Shown here: piece after piece, positions 25,406 to 36,647 of the stretch
Layout of the letters: the number at the start of each line of letters is the position of its first letter
Position numbering within the stretch: position 1 is the stretch's first letter
Assembly (NCBI GenBank): GCA_012271165.1
Contig: JAAXGX010000001.1
Span: forward strand, 1 to 58,396
DNA: 58,396 nt
Direction: 5' to 3'
From: Vicinamibacteraceae bacterium
GTDB taxonomy: Bacteria > Acidobacteriota > Vicinamibacteria > Vicinamibacterales > UBA8438
Translations under genes and position numbers: made by a program
Notes under the pieces: generated by a model
Database searches by the model: none
Seen by the model: the letters and a program-made list of their open reading frames with translations, nothing else
What the model was told of the DNA's origin: nothing

Positions 25406-26233
25406 GTGCCCGATCTGGTCATCATCATCGTCAGCTACAACACGCGGGACTGCCTGGACGCGTGCCTGCGCTCGCTCCACGCGCCGGCCCCGGGCTGCAG
25501 CCACACGATCGTGGTGGTCGACAACGGCTCGCGGGACGGCAGCGTCGCCCGCGTCCGCGCTGCCTGGCCGGCCGTGCGCGTCATCGATGCGGGCCGCAAC
25601 CTCGGCTACGCCGCGGCGAACAACGCTGCCATACGGGCCACCGACAGCGAGCTCCTCCTGCTGCTCAACAGCGATACCCTCGTGCCGCCCGGGGCCGTGG
25701 ACCGGCTGGTCACGCAGCTTCGCGTGCGCCCGGACGTGGCCGCCGTGGGACCGCGCCTGATGGACGCGGACGGCAACGTCGAGCTCTCCTGGGGACCGCC
25801 CGTCACGCCCTGGAGCGAAGCGTGGCGCAAGCTGCAGGGAGCGCTGCTGGCCCGCCGCGTGCCCGGGCTGTCGGCCTGGATCGCGGGTGCCGCGCACCGC
25901 GCGCGGCACCCGGCCTGGCTGAGCGGCGCCTGCCTGCTCGTGCGCCGCGCGGACGCGCACGCCGTGGGTCTGCTCGACGAGCGCTTCTTCCTCTACTTCG
26001 AGGACGTGGACTTCTGCCTCGCGCTGCGGCGGCGGGGCCGCCGGATGCGTTTCGTCCCCGAGGTCACGATCATCCACCACCGCGGCGGCTCGGGAGCCGG
26101 CGAGCCTGCCGGCACACGGACCGCCTACCGCCGCAGCCAGCTCGCCTTCTACCGGAAGCACCATCCGGCGTGGGTCCCGCTGCTGCGCCTCTATCTGCGC
26201 GCCCGGCGGGCCCTGCCATCCCCGCTGCTATAG
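25406..26233 (+). CDS. Glycosyltransferase family 2
   Basis: IIVSYN, VVDNGS.DGS, LLLNSD, FFLYFEDVD. Confidence 0.9.
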   Translation: MPDLVIIIVSYNTRDCLDACLRSLHAPAPGCSHTIVVVDNGSRDGSVARVRAAWPAVRVIDAGRNLGYAAANNAAIRATDSELLLLLNSDTLVPPGAVDRLVTQLRVRPDVAAVGPRLMDADGNVELSWGPPVTPWSEAWRKLQGALLARRVPGLSAWIAGAAHRARHPAWLSGACLLVRRADAHAVGLLDERFFLYFEDVDFCLALRRRGRRMRFVPEVTIIHHRGGSGAGEPAGTRTAYRRSQLAFYRKHHPAWVPLLRLYLRARRALPSPLL

Positions 26234-26243
26234 TCATTCAAGG

Positions 26244-27356
26244 GTGCGAATCGCGATAGACGTGCGCAAGCTGCACGACTTCGGCGTCGGCACGTACGTG
26301 CGCAACCTGCTGCGCCAGCTTGCCCGGCTGGACCGCGACACCGAGTACGTGCTGCTCACCCGGCCGGATGACGGCGATCTCGCCGGCGAACTCGGCGCCA
26401 ACTTTCGCGTGGTCCCGGAGGCCGCCGGCCAGTACTCGCTGCGCGAGCAACTCTCGGTCCCGATCCGCCTCGGGCGCGCGGCGCCCAACCTGTTTCACAC
26501 GCCCCACTACGTCCTGCCCGTGCTGACGCCGTGCCGCTCGCTCGTCACGATTCACGACTGCATCCACCTGATCTTTCCGCAGTACCTGCCCAGCCGCCTG
26601 TCGTACGCCTATGCGCGGGCGATGTTCGCGACCGCCGTGCGCCGGGCCAGCCGCATCCTGACCGTCTCGGAGGCCTCGAAGAGGGACATCCTCCGCTTCT
26701 TCGACGTGCCGGGCTCGAAGGTCACGGTCATCCACAACGCGATCGACGAGCGCTTCCACCGGCAGCCCCCCGAGGAAGAGATCGTGCGCGTGCGCGAACG
26801 CTACCAGTTGCACGATCGATTCCTGATGTACGCCGGCAACGTGAAGCCGCACAAGAACCTGGAGCGCCTCATCGGCGCCTTCGTGCTGCTCCGGCAGGAG
26901 GGGCTCGACGACCTCAAGCTCCTCATCACGGGCAGCGAGGTCTCCCGCTACTCCACGCTGCGGCGTGCCGTGCATCGGTACAACCTGCACAAGCACGTGC
27001 GGTTCCTGGGCTACCAGTCGGAGACCACGCTCGCGGCGCTCTACCGGCTGGCCGACGTCTTCGTCTTCCCGTCCCTGTACGAAGGATTCGGCCTGCCCCC
27101 GCTCGAGGCGATGGCCAGCGGCACCCCGGTGGTCGTCTCCAACGTCTCGTCGCTCCCCGAGGTGGTCGGCGACGCGGGGATCCTGGTCAACCCCTACGAC
27201 CCTCGGGCGATCGCCGACGGCATCCGGCAGGTGCTGACCGACCGCAACCTCCGCGACAACCTCAGGTCGCGCGGCCTGGTGCGGGCACGGTCGTTCTCGT
27301 GGCCGGAATCGGTGCGGCAGATTCGACGGATCTACCAGGAGCTGGCCGCCGCCTGA
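26244..27356 (+). CDS. Glycosyltransferase family 4
   Basis: [25 protein letters not shown]. Confidence 0.93.
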   Translation: MRIAIDVRKLHDFGVGTYVRNLLRQLARLDRDTEYVLLTRPDDGDLAGELGANFRVVPEAAGQYSLREQLSVPIRLGRAAPNLFHTPHYVLPVLTPCRSLVTIHDCIHLIFPQYLPSRLSYAYARAMFATAVRRASRILTVSEASKRDILRFFDVPGSKVTVIHNAIDERFHRQPPEEEIVRVRERYQLHDRFLMYAGNVKPHKNLERLIGAFVLLRQEGLDDLKLLITGSEVSRYSTLRRAVHRYNLHKHVRFLGYQSETTLAALYRLADVFVFPSLYEGFGLPPLEAMASGTPVVVSNVSSLPEVVGDAGILVNPYDPRAIADGIRQVLTDRNLRDNLRSRGLVRARSFSWPESVRQIRRIYQELAAA

Positions 27357-27366
27357 CCGGGAGCCT

Positions 27367-28548
27367 GTGGTGGGCGACGTTCTCCCCCTCGGCACGGAGT
27401 GGCAGGAACGACCGGTGCGGCCGGCCGACCTCGGCGGCGCCCGCGTCGCGCTCGTGCACGACTGGCTCACCGGGATGCGCGGCGGCGAGAAGGTGCTCGA
27501 GGCATTGACGCAGCTCCTGCCCAACGCCGAGGTATTCACGCTGCTGCACGTCCCCGGCTCCGTCTCGGCGCGACTCGACGCGACGCGGCCGCGCCGCTCC
27601 TTCGTCCAGTTCCTGCCGTGGGCGCGGCGTCACTACCGGCGCTACGTCGGCCTGTTTCCGATGGCGATCGAGCAGTTCGACCTCGACGACTTCGACCTCG
27701 TCATCAGCACCAGCCACTGCGTCGCGAAGTCGGCCGTTGCGCCCGGACGCACCCACCACCTGTGCTACTGCTTCACCCCCATGCGGTACGCCTGGGACCA
27801 GTTCGACGCCTATTTCGGGCGCCAGCGCGTCGGCTGGCTGCGCAACCGCCTGTACCGGCTGGCCTTCGGCCGCCTGGCCCGCTGGGACGCGGCGACGGCC
27901 GGGCGGGTGGATCAGTACATCGCCATCTCGCGGCACGTCGCCGCCAGAATCCGCGAGTACTACGGCCGCCGCGCGGCGGTCGTCTATCCGCCCGTCGATA
28001 CCACCTTCTACCATCCGAACGGCTCGGCGCCCGGCTCCTACTTCTTGATCGTCTCCGCGCTCGTGCCGTACAAACAGGTGGACGTGGCGATAGAAGCCTG
28101 CCGCCTGGCCGGCGTGCCGCTCCGGATTGCCGGTGACGGTCCGGAGCGCGAGCGGCTGCGATCGCTGGCCGGCCCGCACGTCGAGTTCCTCGGTCCCTGC
28201 TCGGACGCCGACATCCGCGAGCTGTACCGGGGGTCCCGTGCAATGCTGCTGCCGGGCGAGGAGGACTTCGGCATCGCCCCGGTGGAGGCGCTCGCCTGCG
28301 GCCGGCCGGTCGTGGGTCTGGCGCGCGGGGGCGCGGCGGAGACCGTGTCGGACGGCACCACCGGCATCCTGGTGGAGAACGCGGGCGCCGAGGCATTCGC
28401 CGCCGGAATTGCGCGCGCCGCCGCCCTCGAGTTCGACGCGGCCCACATCCGCAAGCAGGCGTTGCGGTTCTCCCTCGAGCGGTTCTACGAGGAGATGCGC
28501 GGCCGGATCGAGGCGGCGCTCGCCCCCCCGGGAGGGGCCGACGCGTGA
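27367..28548 (+). CDS. Glycosyltransferase family 4
   Basis: HDWLTGMRGGEKVL, EDFGIAPVEA. Confidence 0.92.
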   Translation: MVGDVLPLGTEWQERPVRPADLGGARVALVHDWLTGMRGGEKVLEALTQLLPNAEVFTLLHVPGSVSARLDATRPRRSFVQFLPWARRHYRRYVGLFPMAIEQFDLDDFDLVISTSHCVAKSAVAPGRTHHLCYCFTPMRYAWDQFDAYFGRQRVGWLRNRLYRLAFGRLARWDAATAGRVDQYIAISRHVAARIREYYGRRAAVVYPPVDTTFYHPNGSAPGSYFLIVSALVPYKQVDVAIEACRLAGVPLRIAGDGPERERLRSLAGPHVEFLGPCSDADIRELYRGSRAMLLPGEEDFGIAPVEALACGRPVVGLARGGAAETVSDGTTGILVENAGAEAFAAGIARAAALEFDAAHIRKQALRFSLERFYEEMRGRIEAALAPPGGADA

Positions 28549-29984
28549 AGGCGCGGCTGACCCGGCGGCTGGCCGCCTGCCACGCGGTATCGGACGCGCT
28601 GCTCGGCATGGCCGCCTTCGGGCTGGCGTACGCCATCCGTTTCGAGGCGGGGCTCATCGCCGCGCCCAAGGGCCAGCCGCCCTTCGGCCAGTATCTCGTC
28701 CTGATCCCGTTCATCGGGCTGCTCGTCCCGCTGGCGTTCCACCTCCAGGGCGCGTACCGGCTGCTGCGGATCCGGACGCGCGTCGACGACTTCTTCGCCG
28801 TGCTCGTCGGCAACATCGTCGTCGTCGTCGTCGGCCTGCTCGGCACGCTGTACTTCCAGGTCTACGTCGCGAGCCCGGCGGATCGGGCGGCGGGCACCTA
28901 CGAGGTATCGCGGATCGTGTGGATGCTGTACCTGCTGCTCGGCGTCGGGTTGACGTTCGCCGCCCGCGAGGCCGCGCGGCGGGTCATCCAGCGGCGCTTC
29001 CGGGCCGGTCTCGGCCTCAAGCGGGTACTCATTGCGGGGGCCGGGGAGCTGGCCCGACACGTCGCCGACAAGATCCTCCAGCACGGCGAGTTCGGCTACC
29101 AGGTCATCGGACTCGTCGACGACAGGGCGGGCGGCGACACCACCGGTTACCGCGGACTCCCGCTGCTCGGACAGGTCGCCGACGCCGGCGAGATCATCCG
29201 GCGGGAGCGGATCGATCAGCTCTACATCGCGCTGCCCCTGGAAGAGCACGCCAGGATGATCGACCTGATCGAGACGGCCGACCGGGAATGCATCGACGTC
29301 AAGGTCGCACCCGACCTGCTGCATGCCATCACGCTGCGCGCCCGCCTCGAGGATCTCGACGGCGTCCCGATCATCAACATCAACGACGTGCCGCTCCAGG
29401 GACTCAGCAGCCTCGTCAAGCGCGCCATCGACGTCGCGGTCGCCGCGGCGGCCCTGGCCGTCCTGCTGGTCCCGTTCGCCGCGATCGCGGCGCTCGTCCG
29501 CTGGACGTCGCCGGGACCGGTGCTCTATCGGCAGGAGCGGATGGGGCTCGACCGGCGGCCGTTCCTCGTGCTCAAGTTCCGCTCGATGTACGACGACGCG
29601 GAGCGCGAGACCGGACCGGTGTGGGCGCGTGCGAACGACCCGCGCCGCACGCCTGTCGGGCGGATTCTGCGCCGCTTCAGCCTGGACGAGCTGCCGCAGC
29701 TCTGGAACGTGCTGCGCGGCGACATGTCGCTGGTCGGCCCCCGGCCGGAGCGCCCGTTCTTCGTCGAGCAGTTCCGGGACCGCGTGCCGAAGTACATGCT
29801 GCGGCACAAGGTCAAGTCCGGACTCACCGGTTGGGCCCAGGTCAACGGCTGGCGGGGCGACACCTCGATCGAGAAGCGCATCGAGCACGACCTGTACTAC
29901 ATCGAGCACTGGTCGGTGTCGCTCGACTTCAAGATCCTCTGGCTGACGCTCGTGCGCGTGCTCTTCCACCGGCACGCGTATTGA
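28545..29984 (+). CDS. Undecaprenyl-phosphate glucose phosphotransferase (WcaJ-like)
   Basis: TM region, KFRSM, DPR.T..G..LR..SLDELPQ, MSLVGPRPE, GLTGWAQV. Confidence 0.93.
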   Translation: MKARLTRRLAACHAVSDALLGMAAFGLAYAIRFEAGLIAAPKGQPPFGQYLVLIPFIGLLVPLAFHLQGAYRLLRIRTRVDDFFAVLVGNIVVVVVGLLGTLYFQVYVASPADRAAGTYEVSRIVWMLYLLLGVGLTFAAREAARRVIQRRFRAGLGLKRVLIAGAGELARHVADKILQHGEFGYQVIGLVDDRAGGDTTGYRGLPLLGQVADAGEIIRRERIDQLYIALPLEEHARMIDLIETADRECIDVKVAPDLLHAITLRARLEDLDGVPIININDVPLQGLSSLVKRAIDVAVAAAALAVLLVPFAAIAALVRWTSPGPVLYRQERMGLDRRPFLVLKFRSMYDDAERETGPVWARANDPRRTPVGRILRRFSLDELPQLWNVLRGDMSLVGPRPERPFFVEQFRDRVPKYMLRHKVKSGLTGWAQVNGWRGDTSIEKRIEHDLYYIEHWSVSLDFKILWLTLVRVLFHRHAY

Positions 29985-29993
29985 TTCGATTCA

Positions 29994-30083
29994 GACGGGG
30001 CTGCGCCCCGAACCCCCGGCGTTCGCTTGCGGGGACCCCAATGCCCCGCGCCGCTCCTGCCGAGGCGCGCTGTGCGCGCCTTG
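29994..30083 (+). repeat. Structured intergenic repeat, copy 2
   Basis: Closely similar to 21066-21155; lies between convergent genes. Confidence 0.85.
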
Positions 30084-30103
30084 CGGCCGGGCGGCAGCGG
30101 CAG

Positions 30104-31516
30104 TTATTCCACCGCCCAGCCGCGGACGACGTCGGACATCACCTGCACGCCGCGGCGGATGTTCTCGATCGACAGCCGCTCGTCGTTGCCGTGGACCCCG
30201 GCACGATCCGCCAGCGGAATGGCGAACGGGCTGTAGCCGTAGGCGATGATGCCCAGGTCGCGGAGGAAGTGGCTGTCGGTGAAGCCGGTCGTCACGGACG
30301 GCACGACGGTTGCGTCCGGGAAGTGCGTCCGCGTCACCTCCTCGAGCAGGCGGAACAGACCGGTCTCCGAGGAGGAGACGGCCGGCGTGAAGCCCATCTG
30401 CGTCTCGACGGCCACGTCGCGGCCCAGGATGCGACCCAGCTCCGCGAGAAACGCCACGGGATCCTGATCGGGCAACAGGCGGCAGTCGAGCTCCGCCCAC
30501 GCCTCGGTCGGCACCACGTTGATCTTGTCGCTCGCACCCAGTCGCGTGATGTTGCAGGTGTTGCGCGTCAGCCCGTAGTGGCCCGGAAACTCGCGCAGCA
30601 GCGCCTCCGCCACCCCGGGCTCGCGCAGCGCCGCGTCCATGGCGGCGTACCGACTGCGCCACGCCGCCGGCATGCTCGGGGCCAGCCCCCGGAAGTAGAC
30701 GTCCACCGCCGGCACGATCCGCGCCTCGAACTCGTACGCCCGCAGCCGCTCGAGGGCCGCCACCAGCCGCGTCACCGCCGTCGTCCGCCGCGGCCGCGAG
30801 CCGTGGCCGGGCCGCCCGACCGAGGTGAGCCGCAGCCAGTACGGCACCTTCTGCGTCACCTCGACCGCCACCTGCACCCCGCCGTCCACGACCGCGCTCA
30901 CGCCGCCCTCGTTGAGCACCCAGCCCACGTCGGCGAACAGCTCGGGCCGCTGCTCCACGAGCCAGCCGACGCCGAAGAAACCGCCCGCCTCCTCGTCGGC
31001 CGTCGCCATGAAGATGACGTCGCGATCCAGCGGCGCCCCGGATCGATGCAGGTCGAGGAAGGCCGCGAGGTGGGCGATGCCGAGCCCCTTGGTGTCGATT
31101 GCCCCGCGGCCGTACAGCACGCCGTCGCGGACCTCGCCCGACAGGGGACCCACGGTCCAGTACGCGGGATCCGCCGGCACGACGTCGATGTGGTGCAACA
31201 GCACGAGATCCGGCGCGTCGCCCCCACCGAGGCGCGCCCAGAGGTTGCCTCGCCCGGGAGCCGACTCCACCATCTCGTACGGGATGCCCTCCGCCTCGAG
31301 GATCGCGGCGAGGAACCTGGCTCCGGCGATCTCGTTGCCGGGCGGGTTGACCGTGTCGATCCGGATGTACTCCTGGAGCCATTCGACGGCTCGATCCTGG
31401 AGATCGACCAGCCCCACCTGCCCGGCGGCGGGCGCCGCGCCCAGCAGGACCGCCGCAAGCGCGCCCAGCCACCTCGCCGCCTCCCGGGGTCTACCTGTCC
31501 GCGGTGCCTGCACCAT
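30104..31516 (-). CDS. M20/M25/M40 metallopeptidase, secreted
   Basis: HHIDVVP, GRGAIDTKG, DEE, NEGG, HGNDE; start codon uncertain. Confidence 0.9.
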   Translation of the reverse strand: MVQAPRTGRPREAARWLGALAAVLLGAAPAAGQVGLVDLQDRAVEWLQEYIRIDTVNPPGNEIAGARFLAAILEAEGIPYEMVESAPGRGNLWARLGGGDAPDLVLLHHIDVVPADPAYWTVGPLSGEVRDGVLYGRGAIDTKGLGIAHLAAFLDLHRSGAPLDRDVIFMATADEEAGGFFGVGWLVEQRPELFADVGWVLNEGGVSAVVDGGVQVAVEVTQKVPYWLRLTSVGRPGHGSRPRRTTAVTRLVAALERLRAYEFEARIVPAVDVYFRGLAPSMPAAWRSRYAAMDAALREPGVAEALLREFPGHYGLTRNTCNITRLGASDKINVVPTEAWAELDCRLLPDQDPVAFLAELGRILGRDVAVETQMGFTPAVSSSETGLFRLLEEVTRTHFPDATVVPSVTTGFTDSHFLRDLGIIAYGYSPFAIPLADRAGVHGNDERLSIENIRRGVQVMSDVVRGWAVE

Positions 31517-31699
31517 TCGCTCCACTCCCAGTATCCGGACGACCCGGACCATAGCACATGCACTTGGACACGCGGGCCCGCAGGGCGTAGACTGTGACGG
31601 CTACCGAAGGCTTCGCCCGGCTTCAAGTAACTGGCAGCAGGACCCTTACGCTCCCACGACCAGTTGCGGCGGGGCCGCTTGCCACGAGTTGCCAGCGCC

Positions 31700-32659
31700 G
31701 TGAAGCGAACCGTCGTCATCACCGGCGCTGCCGGCTTCATCGGGTCGCATCTGAGCGAGGCGCTGATCGCGCGCGGCTACGCGGTGGTCGGCATCGACAA
31801 CCTGCTGACGGGCGACGCGGCGAACGTCGACCACCTGACGGCACGCGGCTTCCGGTTCGTCGAGCAGGACGTTACCAACCACATCCGCGTCGACGAGCCG
31901 GTCGACTTCGTCCTGCACTGGGCCAGTCCGGCCAGCCCGGCCGACTACCTCAACTTCCCGATCCCGACGCTCAAGGTGGGCGCCCTGGGCACGCACAACG
32001 CGTTGGGGCTGGCCCTCGCCAAGCAGGCGACGTTCGTGCTGGCGTCGACTTCCGAGGTGTACGGCGATCCGCTCGAGCACCCGCAGTCCGAGGCGTACTG
32101 GGGCAACGTCAACCCGATCGGACCCCGGGGCGTCTACGACGAGGCCAAGCGCTTCGCCGAGGCCATGACCACGGCCTACCACCGCTACCACGGTCTCGAC
32201 ATCCGGATCGCGCGGATCTTCAACACGTACGGCCCGCGCATGCGGATCGACGACGGCCGGGCCGTCCCGAACTTCATCGCCCAGGCGCTGCGCGGGCAGG
32301 ACGTGACCGTGTACGGCGACGGCGAGCAGACGCGCAGCCTCTGCTACGTCAGCGACCTGGTCGACGGGGTCATCCGGCTGATGCACGCGCAGACGACCGA
32401 GCCTGTCAATCTCGGCAACCCGCTCGAGCTCTCCGTCGCCGCGCTCGCCCGGCGGATCATCGCGGCGACGGGTTCGCGGTCCACGATCGTGCACAAGCCG
32501 CTGCCCGTGGACGATCCCAGGGTGCGCCAGCCCGACATCGCCCGCGCGCGCGAGCTGCTCGCCTGGGAGCCGCGCGTCCCGCTGGCCGAGGGTCTCGCCG
32601 CTACGATCGAGTATTTTCGCGCGAAGCTGGGCCGGATCCCGGCATCGGCCGCCGATTGA
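31700..32659 (+). CDS. UDP-glucuronate decarboxylase-like SDR
   Basis: [48 protein letters not shown]. Confidence 0.9.
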   Translation: MKRTVVITGAAGFIGSHLSEALIARGYAVVGIDNLLTGDAANVDHLTARGFRFVEQDVTNHIRVDEPVDFVLHWASPASPADYLNFPIPTLKVGALGTHNALGLALAKQATFVLASTSEVYGDPLEHPQSEAYWGNVNPIGPRGVYDEAKRFAEAMTTAYHRYHGLDIRIARIFNTYGPRMRIDDGRAVPNFIAQALRGQDVTVYGDGEQTRSLCYVSDLVDGVIRLMHAQTTEPVNLGNPLELSVAALARRIIAATGSRSTIVHKPLPVDDPRVRQPDIARARELLAWEPRVPLAEGLAATIEYFRAKLGRIPASAAD

Positions 32660-33200
32660 CTGCGTGCGCGGCGTGCGCGATGTAGTGGAAGCCGGAGGCG
32701 AGCGTCACCGCGAGCGCCCCCCAGATGAACGCGTCGACCAGGATGGAGGTGCGCTCGAGGTAGTTGAACAGCAGCAGGATGCTCCCGGTGAGGATGTACA
32801 CGAAGGTCGTGACCTTGCCCAGCACCGAGGGCCGGAACGTGAACCGGTCCACCGCCAGGTTCACCACCGCCACCGTCAGCACGATGATGACGTCGCGGCT
32901 GATGACCAGCACGGTCAGCCAGATGGGCAGCCGGTTCGTCAGGGCCAGCCCCGGCATCGTCAGCACCACGAAAGTCGAGACGAGGAGCAGCTTGTCCGCC
33001 ATCGGATCGAGCAGGGCTCCGAGGCTGGTCCGCTGGCCGGAACGGCGGGCGATGAGCCCGTCGAGCCCGTCGGTGACCCCCGCGACGACGAACGTGATCA
33101 GCGCCCAGCCGTTGTACCCGTAGATCACGAGGATGACGAGCACGGGCACGAGCAGCAGCCGGCCCAGCGTCAGCTGGTTGGCGAGCGTGAGGATGGCCAT
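32601..33200 (-). CDS. CDP-alcohol phosphatidyltransferase
   Basis: [14 protein letters not shown]...G..LDPMADK. Confidence 0.92.
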   Translation of the reverse strand: MAILTLANQLTLGRLLLVPVLVILVIYGYNGWALITFVVAGVTDGLDGLIARRSGQRTSLGALLDPMADKLLLVSTFVVLTMPGLALTNRLPIWLTVLVISRDVIIVLTVAVVNLAVDRFTFRPSVLGKVTTFVYILTGSILLLFNYLERTSILVDAFIWGALAVTLASGFHYIAHAAHAVNRRPMPGSGPASRENTRS

Positions 33201-33207
33201 TGCGCCG

Positions 33208-34545
33208 CTACCGGAGCTCCCGCGCCAGGGCGGCCAGACGGTCCACCGCCCGCAGCGCCTCTCCGCCGGCCACCGGCCGGGTGGGCTGAAAGGTGCCGCC
33301 GTCGAGGACATCGAGCACACCGGCCGCCACCGCCCGTGCGGCGGACGCATGGCTCAAGTGGCCGGGACGCATGTCGCTGAAGTCCTGCCGGGGGCCGTCC
33401 CAGCTCGCCGCCGACCCCGGACTGACGGCGGCGAACAGGTCGAGCAGGGCGTCCACCACCTCCGCCAGCTCGCCGCGGCGCACGATGCGCGCCGGCTCGA
33501 AACGATATCCCGCGTCGACCTGCATCACGCCGGCCCGCGTCACGTCCAGAATCCAGGCCTGGCCCCAATGGTCCCGCGTGTCGGTGATGATCACCGTGCG
33601 TCCGGGGGCCGCCAGCCGCAGCAGGTCCGCGAACCGCGAGCCGATCAGCGCCGCCAGCTCCCCGCGCGCCACCTCCGGCTGCGAGCCGATGGCGACGATG
33701 GCCGGCGGCAGGGCGACCTGCTGCTGCCGGTCCCTTATGCGCTCGAGGCGTCGGGCAGTGTCCTCGTTCGGGTCGAGGCGATAAGCGTGGCCGAACGCCG
33801 CCGCCGCCTCCGCCAGATTCCCGGCCGCCAGATACAGCTCGCCATCGAGGATGAACGGCGCCGGATCCGATGGATCCAGCGCCATCGCCTCCTGGGCGAG
33901 CTCGCGCGCGCGGGCCGGATCGCCCCGGCCGAGCTCGACCCGGCCGAGCTCGACCCGCAGGAACGCGCTGTCGGGCGAGGTTGCGATGACACGCTCGTAC
34001 AGGCCGCGCGCCTCGTCGAACCGTCCGGCCGCCGCGCTGTCACGGGCCTGCGCCAGCTGCTCGCTGACGAGCCTGAACCGGAGCTCGCCGACGACGCGAT
34101 CGACCCGCGCCAGACCGGCGTCGACGCTCAGCGCCGCCTCGAACGATCGCAGCGCTTCGGCGGTGTCGTCGAGCGCGAGCATCGATTCGCCGCGCCCGAT
34201 CCACGCCGGCACGTAGGTCGCGGCGGCGGTGACGGCGCGATCGAAGTGCGCGGCGGCTTGCCGCGCGTCGCCGCGCGCGAGGCTCAGCCAGCCGAGACCC
34301 GTCTCGGCCGGATAGAAGGCCGGGGTCGACGCCAGCAGCGCCTGGTACCGGCTCTCGGCGCCCGCCAGCTCGCCGGCCTGCAGGAAGGTCCACGCCTCCT
34401 CGTGACGCCGCGCATCGTCCGAACCGATCCAGGCGGCGGGCACGGTCGGGAAGAGGTAGTCGGGATACGCGGGGCTCGTTACCACCGGCACCCGCGCCGC
34501 GCAGCCGACTGCCAGCAGGACGAGAACGAGCGCGATCCGCTTCAC
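33208..34545 (-). CDS. TPR lipoprotein with C-terminal SLH-like repeats
   Basis: Lipobox LAVGC, TPR helices, FEPARIVRRGELA and FQPTRPV. Confidence 0.75.
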   Translation of the reverse strand: MKRIALVLVLLAVGCAARVPVVTSPAYPDYLFPTVPAAWIGSDDARRHEEAWTFLQAGELAGAESRYQALLASTPAFYPAETGLGWLSLARGDARQAAAHFDRAVTAAATYVPAWIGRGESMLALDDTAEALRSFEAALSVDAGLARVDRVVGELRFRLVSEQLAQARDSAAAGRFDEARGLYERVIATSPDSAFLRVELGRVELGRGDPARARELAQEAMALDPSDPAPFILDGELYLAAGNLAEAAAAFGHAYRLDPNEDTARRLERIRDRQQQVALPPAIVAIGSQPEVARGELAALIGSRFADLLRLAAPGRTVIITDTRDHWGQAWILDVTRAGVMQVDAGYRFEPARIVRRGELAEVVDALLDLFAAVSPGSAASWDGPRQDFSDMRPGHLSHASAARAVAAGVLDVLDGGTFQPTRPVAGGEALRAVDRLAALARELR

Positions 34546-35867
34546 GGCGAGCCGGCCTCCTCGCCGGGCGTCGCACGCCGGCCGGCCGCCTGCGCGCGCC
34601 ACTGGGCGATGAGGCGCCGGGGCACCTCGGCCTCGACGGACACGTGCCCGTCGCCGGCGACCTGCCGCAGGACCCGGCCGTGGCGGTAGAGCGCGGCGAG
34701 ACGCTGCCGGTCGTCCGGCGCCGTCTGATCGAAGTCGAGGGTCACCCGGCTGTTCTGCATCTCGACGGCGCGGGTGATCAGCGACACGAGCGCGTCCGTC
34801 CCGAGGCCGGTGCGGGCAGAGACGCACGCCGCGTCGCCCTCCGTTCGCCGCAGGCGCGTCCGATCGGCCTCGTCGACCTGATCGCACTTGTTGAAGACGA
34901 GCACCTGCGGCAGCGAAGCGGCCTCGACCTCGCCGAGCACGCGCTGCACCGCGGCGATCCGGTCGGCCCGCGCCGGGTGGGCGGCATCCACCACGTGCAG
35001 GAGCAGATCCGCCTCGGCAACGGCCTCGAGCGTGGCCCGGAAAGCCGCCACCAGGGTGTGCGGCAGCCGGTCGATGAAGCCGACGGTGTCCGAGAGGAGC
35101 ACGGCGCGCCGATCCGGCAACCGGACCGGCCGCACCAGGGGATCCAGCGTGGCGAAGAGCGCGCTGGACGCCGCCGCGTGGCTGCGGGTCAGCCGGTTGA
35201 ACAGCGAGGTCTTGCCCGCGTTGGTGTACCCCACGAGCGCCACGGTCGGCACCGCGTCCTTGCGGCGCCGGTCGCGCGAACGGGCCCGGCGCTGGCGGAC
35301 CGTGTCGAGCTCGCGCCGCAGGCGGGCGATGCGCTGGCGAATGCGCCGTCGATCGCTCTCCAGCTTCGTCTCGCCTGGCCCCCGCGTGCCGATCCCCGCC
35401 CCGAGCCGCGACATGGCGGTCCCCATCCCCGCGAGGCGCGGCAGCAGGTACTGCAGCTGGGCCAGCTCGACCTGCAGCTGGCCTTCCCGGGTCCGGGCCC
35501 GCGCCGCGAAGATGTCCAGGATGAGCTGCGTGCGGTCGAACACGCGGCGGCCGAGCGCATCCTCCAGATTCCGGAGCTGCACCGGCGTCAGCTCGTCGTC
35601 GAAGACGACGAGCTCGACCCCGGCTTCGTCGCAGGCGGCCGCCAGCGTCCGCGTCTTGCCGCGGCCCAGGAACAGCGCCGGCGACGGCCGCGGACGCTCC
35701 TGCACCGAGCGCAGCACGACCTCCGCCCCGGCCGTGACCGCCAGCCCCGTCAGCTCGTCGAGGGATGCTTCTACGGTGTGACGGCGGCGCGTGCCGAATG
35801 CCAGCCCTGCTATCGCGGCGCGTTCCAAGGGGCGGGAGTGCCGCTCTGCAGCCAGACTGCGCGTCAC
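34542..35867 (-). CDS. hflX: GTPase HflX
   Basis: GPGETKLE.DRR, GYTNAGKT, LFATLD, DTVGFI. Confidence 0.96.
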   Translation of the reverse strand: MTRSLAAERHSRPLERAAIAGLAFGTRRRHTVEASLDELTGLAVTAGAEVVLRSVQERPRPSPALFLGRGKTRTLAAACDEAGVELVVFDDELTPVQLRNLEDALGRRVFDRTQLILDIFAARARTREGQLQVELAQLQYLLPRLAGMGTAMSRLGAGIGTRGPGETKLESDRRRIRQRIARLRRELDTVRQRRARSRDRRRKDAVPTVALVGYTNAGKTSLFNRLTRSHAAASSALFATLDPLVRPVRLPDRRAVLLSDTVGFIDRLPHTLVAAFRATLEAVAEADLLLHVVDAAHPARADRIAAVQRVLGEVEAASLPQVLVFNKCDQVDEADRTRLRRTEGDAACVSARTGLGTDALVSLITRAVEMQNSRVTLDFDQTAPDDRQRLAALYRHGRVLRQVAGDGHVSVEAEVPRRLIAQWRAQAAGRRATPGEEAGSP

Positions 35868-36508
35868 CTCAGCGATTCTAGCACGCGGTCCCAGGCGACC
35901 ACGCCGGGCCGGAGCAGCACGGGAGACGCCCCGCGCGCGTCGACGATCGTGGACGGCTCGGCCGCCGTCGCGGGACCGCCGTCGAGGACGAGCGCCACGC
36001 TCGACCCGAGCGCGGTCACGGCCGCCGCGGCGGTCGTCGGCGGCGTCGCGCCGGACCGGTTGGCGCTGGTCGCCGTGAGCGGCGCTTCCAGCGCCTGCGC
36101 CAGCGCGCGTGCAAGCGGCAGGTCGGGAACGCGCACCGCGACGGTATCGCCCTGCGCCAGGAGTCGGCCGTCGAGCGTGGCCGCCGCCATGATTACCAGG
36201 GTGAGCGGACCGGGCCAGAACCGGCGTGCCAGCCGTCGGGCGAGCGGCGTCAGCACGCCGACCTGCTGCTCCACCTGTTGCAGATCGGCAGCAACGAGCG
36301 GCACCGCCTTTTCGGCGGCCCGTCCCTTGGCCCGAAACAACCGCTCGACGGCCTCCGCCCGGCGCGGGTCCGCGCCGAGTCCATACAGCGTGTCGGTGGG
36401 ATACGCGACCAGCCCGCCCCGCCGCAGCACGCGCACCGCCTCCTCGACGGCCGCCGCGGCGGGCGCCAACGGGTCGATGGGGATTCGGATCGGCGTAGGA
36501 TCAGACAT
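35864..36508 (-). CDS. tsaC: L-threonylcarbamoyladenylate synthase (Sua5/YrdC)
   Basis: PTDTLYGL, KGR, WPGPLT, TSANRSG, STIVD. Confidence 0.92.
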   Translation of the reverse strand: MSDPTPIRIPIDPLAPAAAAVEEAVRVLRRGGLVAYPTDTLYGLGADPRRAEAVERLFRAKGRAAEKAVPLVAADLQQVEQQVGVLTPLARRLARRFWPGPLTLVIMAAATLDGRLLAQGDTVAVRVPDLPLARALAQALEAPLTATSANRSGATPPTTAAAAVTALGSSVALVLDGGPATAAEPSTIVDARGASPVLLRPGVVAWDRVLESLR

Positions 36509-36647
36509 GGAGACAACGGCGCGGACCAAGGCACCGCCAAAGCCCCGCCGCCCGCGCGTCCCCCTGCCCCGCCAGCAGGGCGGCCCGCACGAGGACAAGA
36601 CGAAGCGACCGTTCCGGCGCCGCAAGCACCGCAAGAACGACCGCAAT

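Noticed and set aside
32601-32659. 59-bp convergent overlap between the SDR and phosphatidyltransferase genes
   Set aside because: Tail overlaps are common in high-GC genomes with few stop codons
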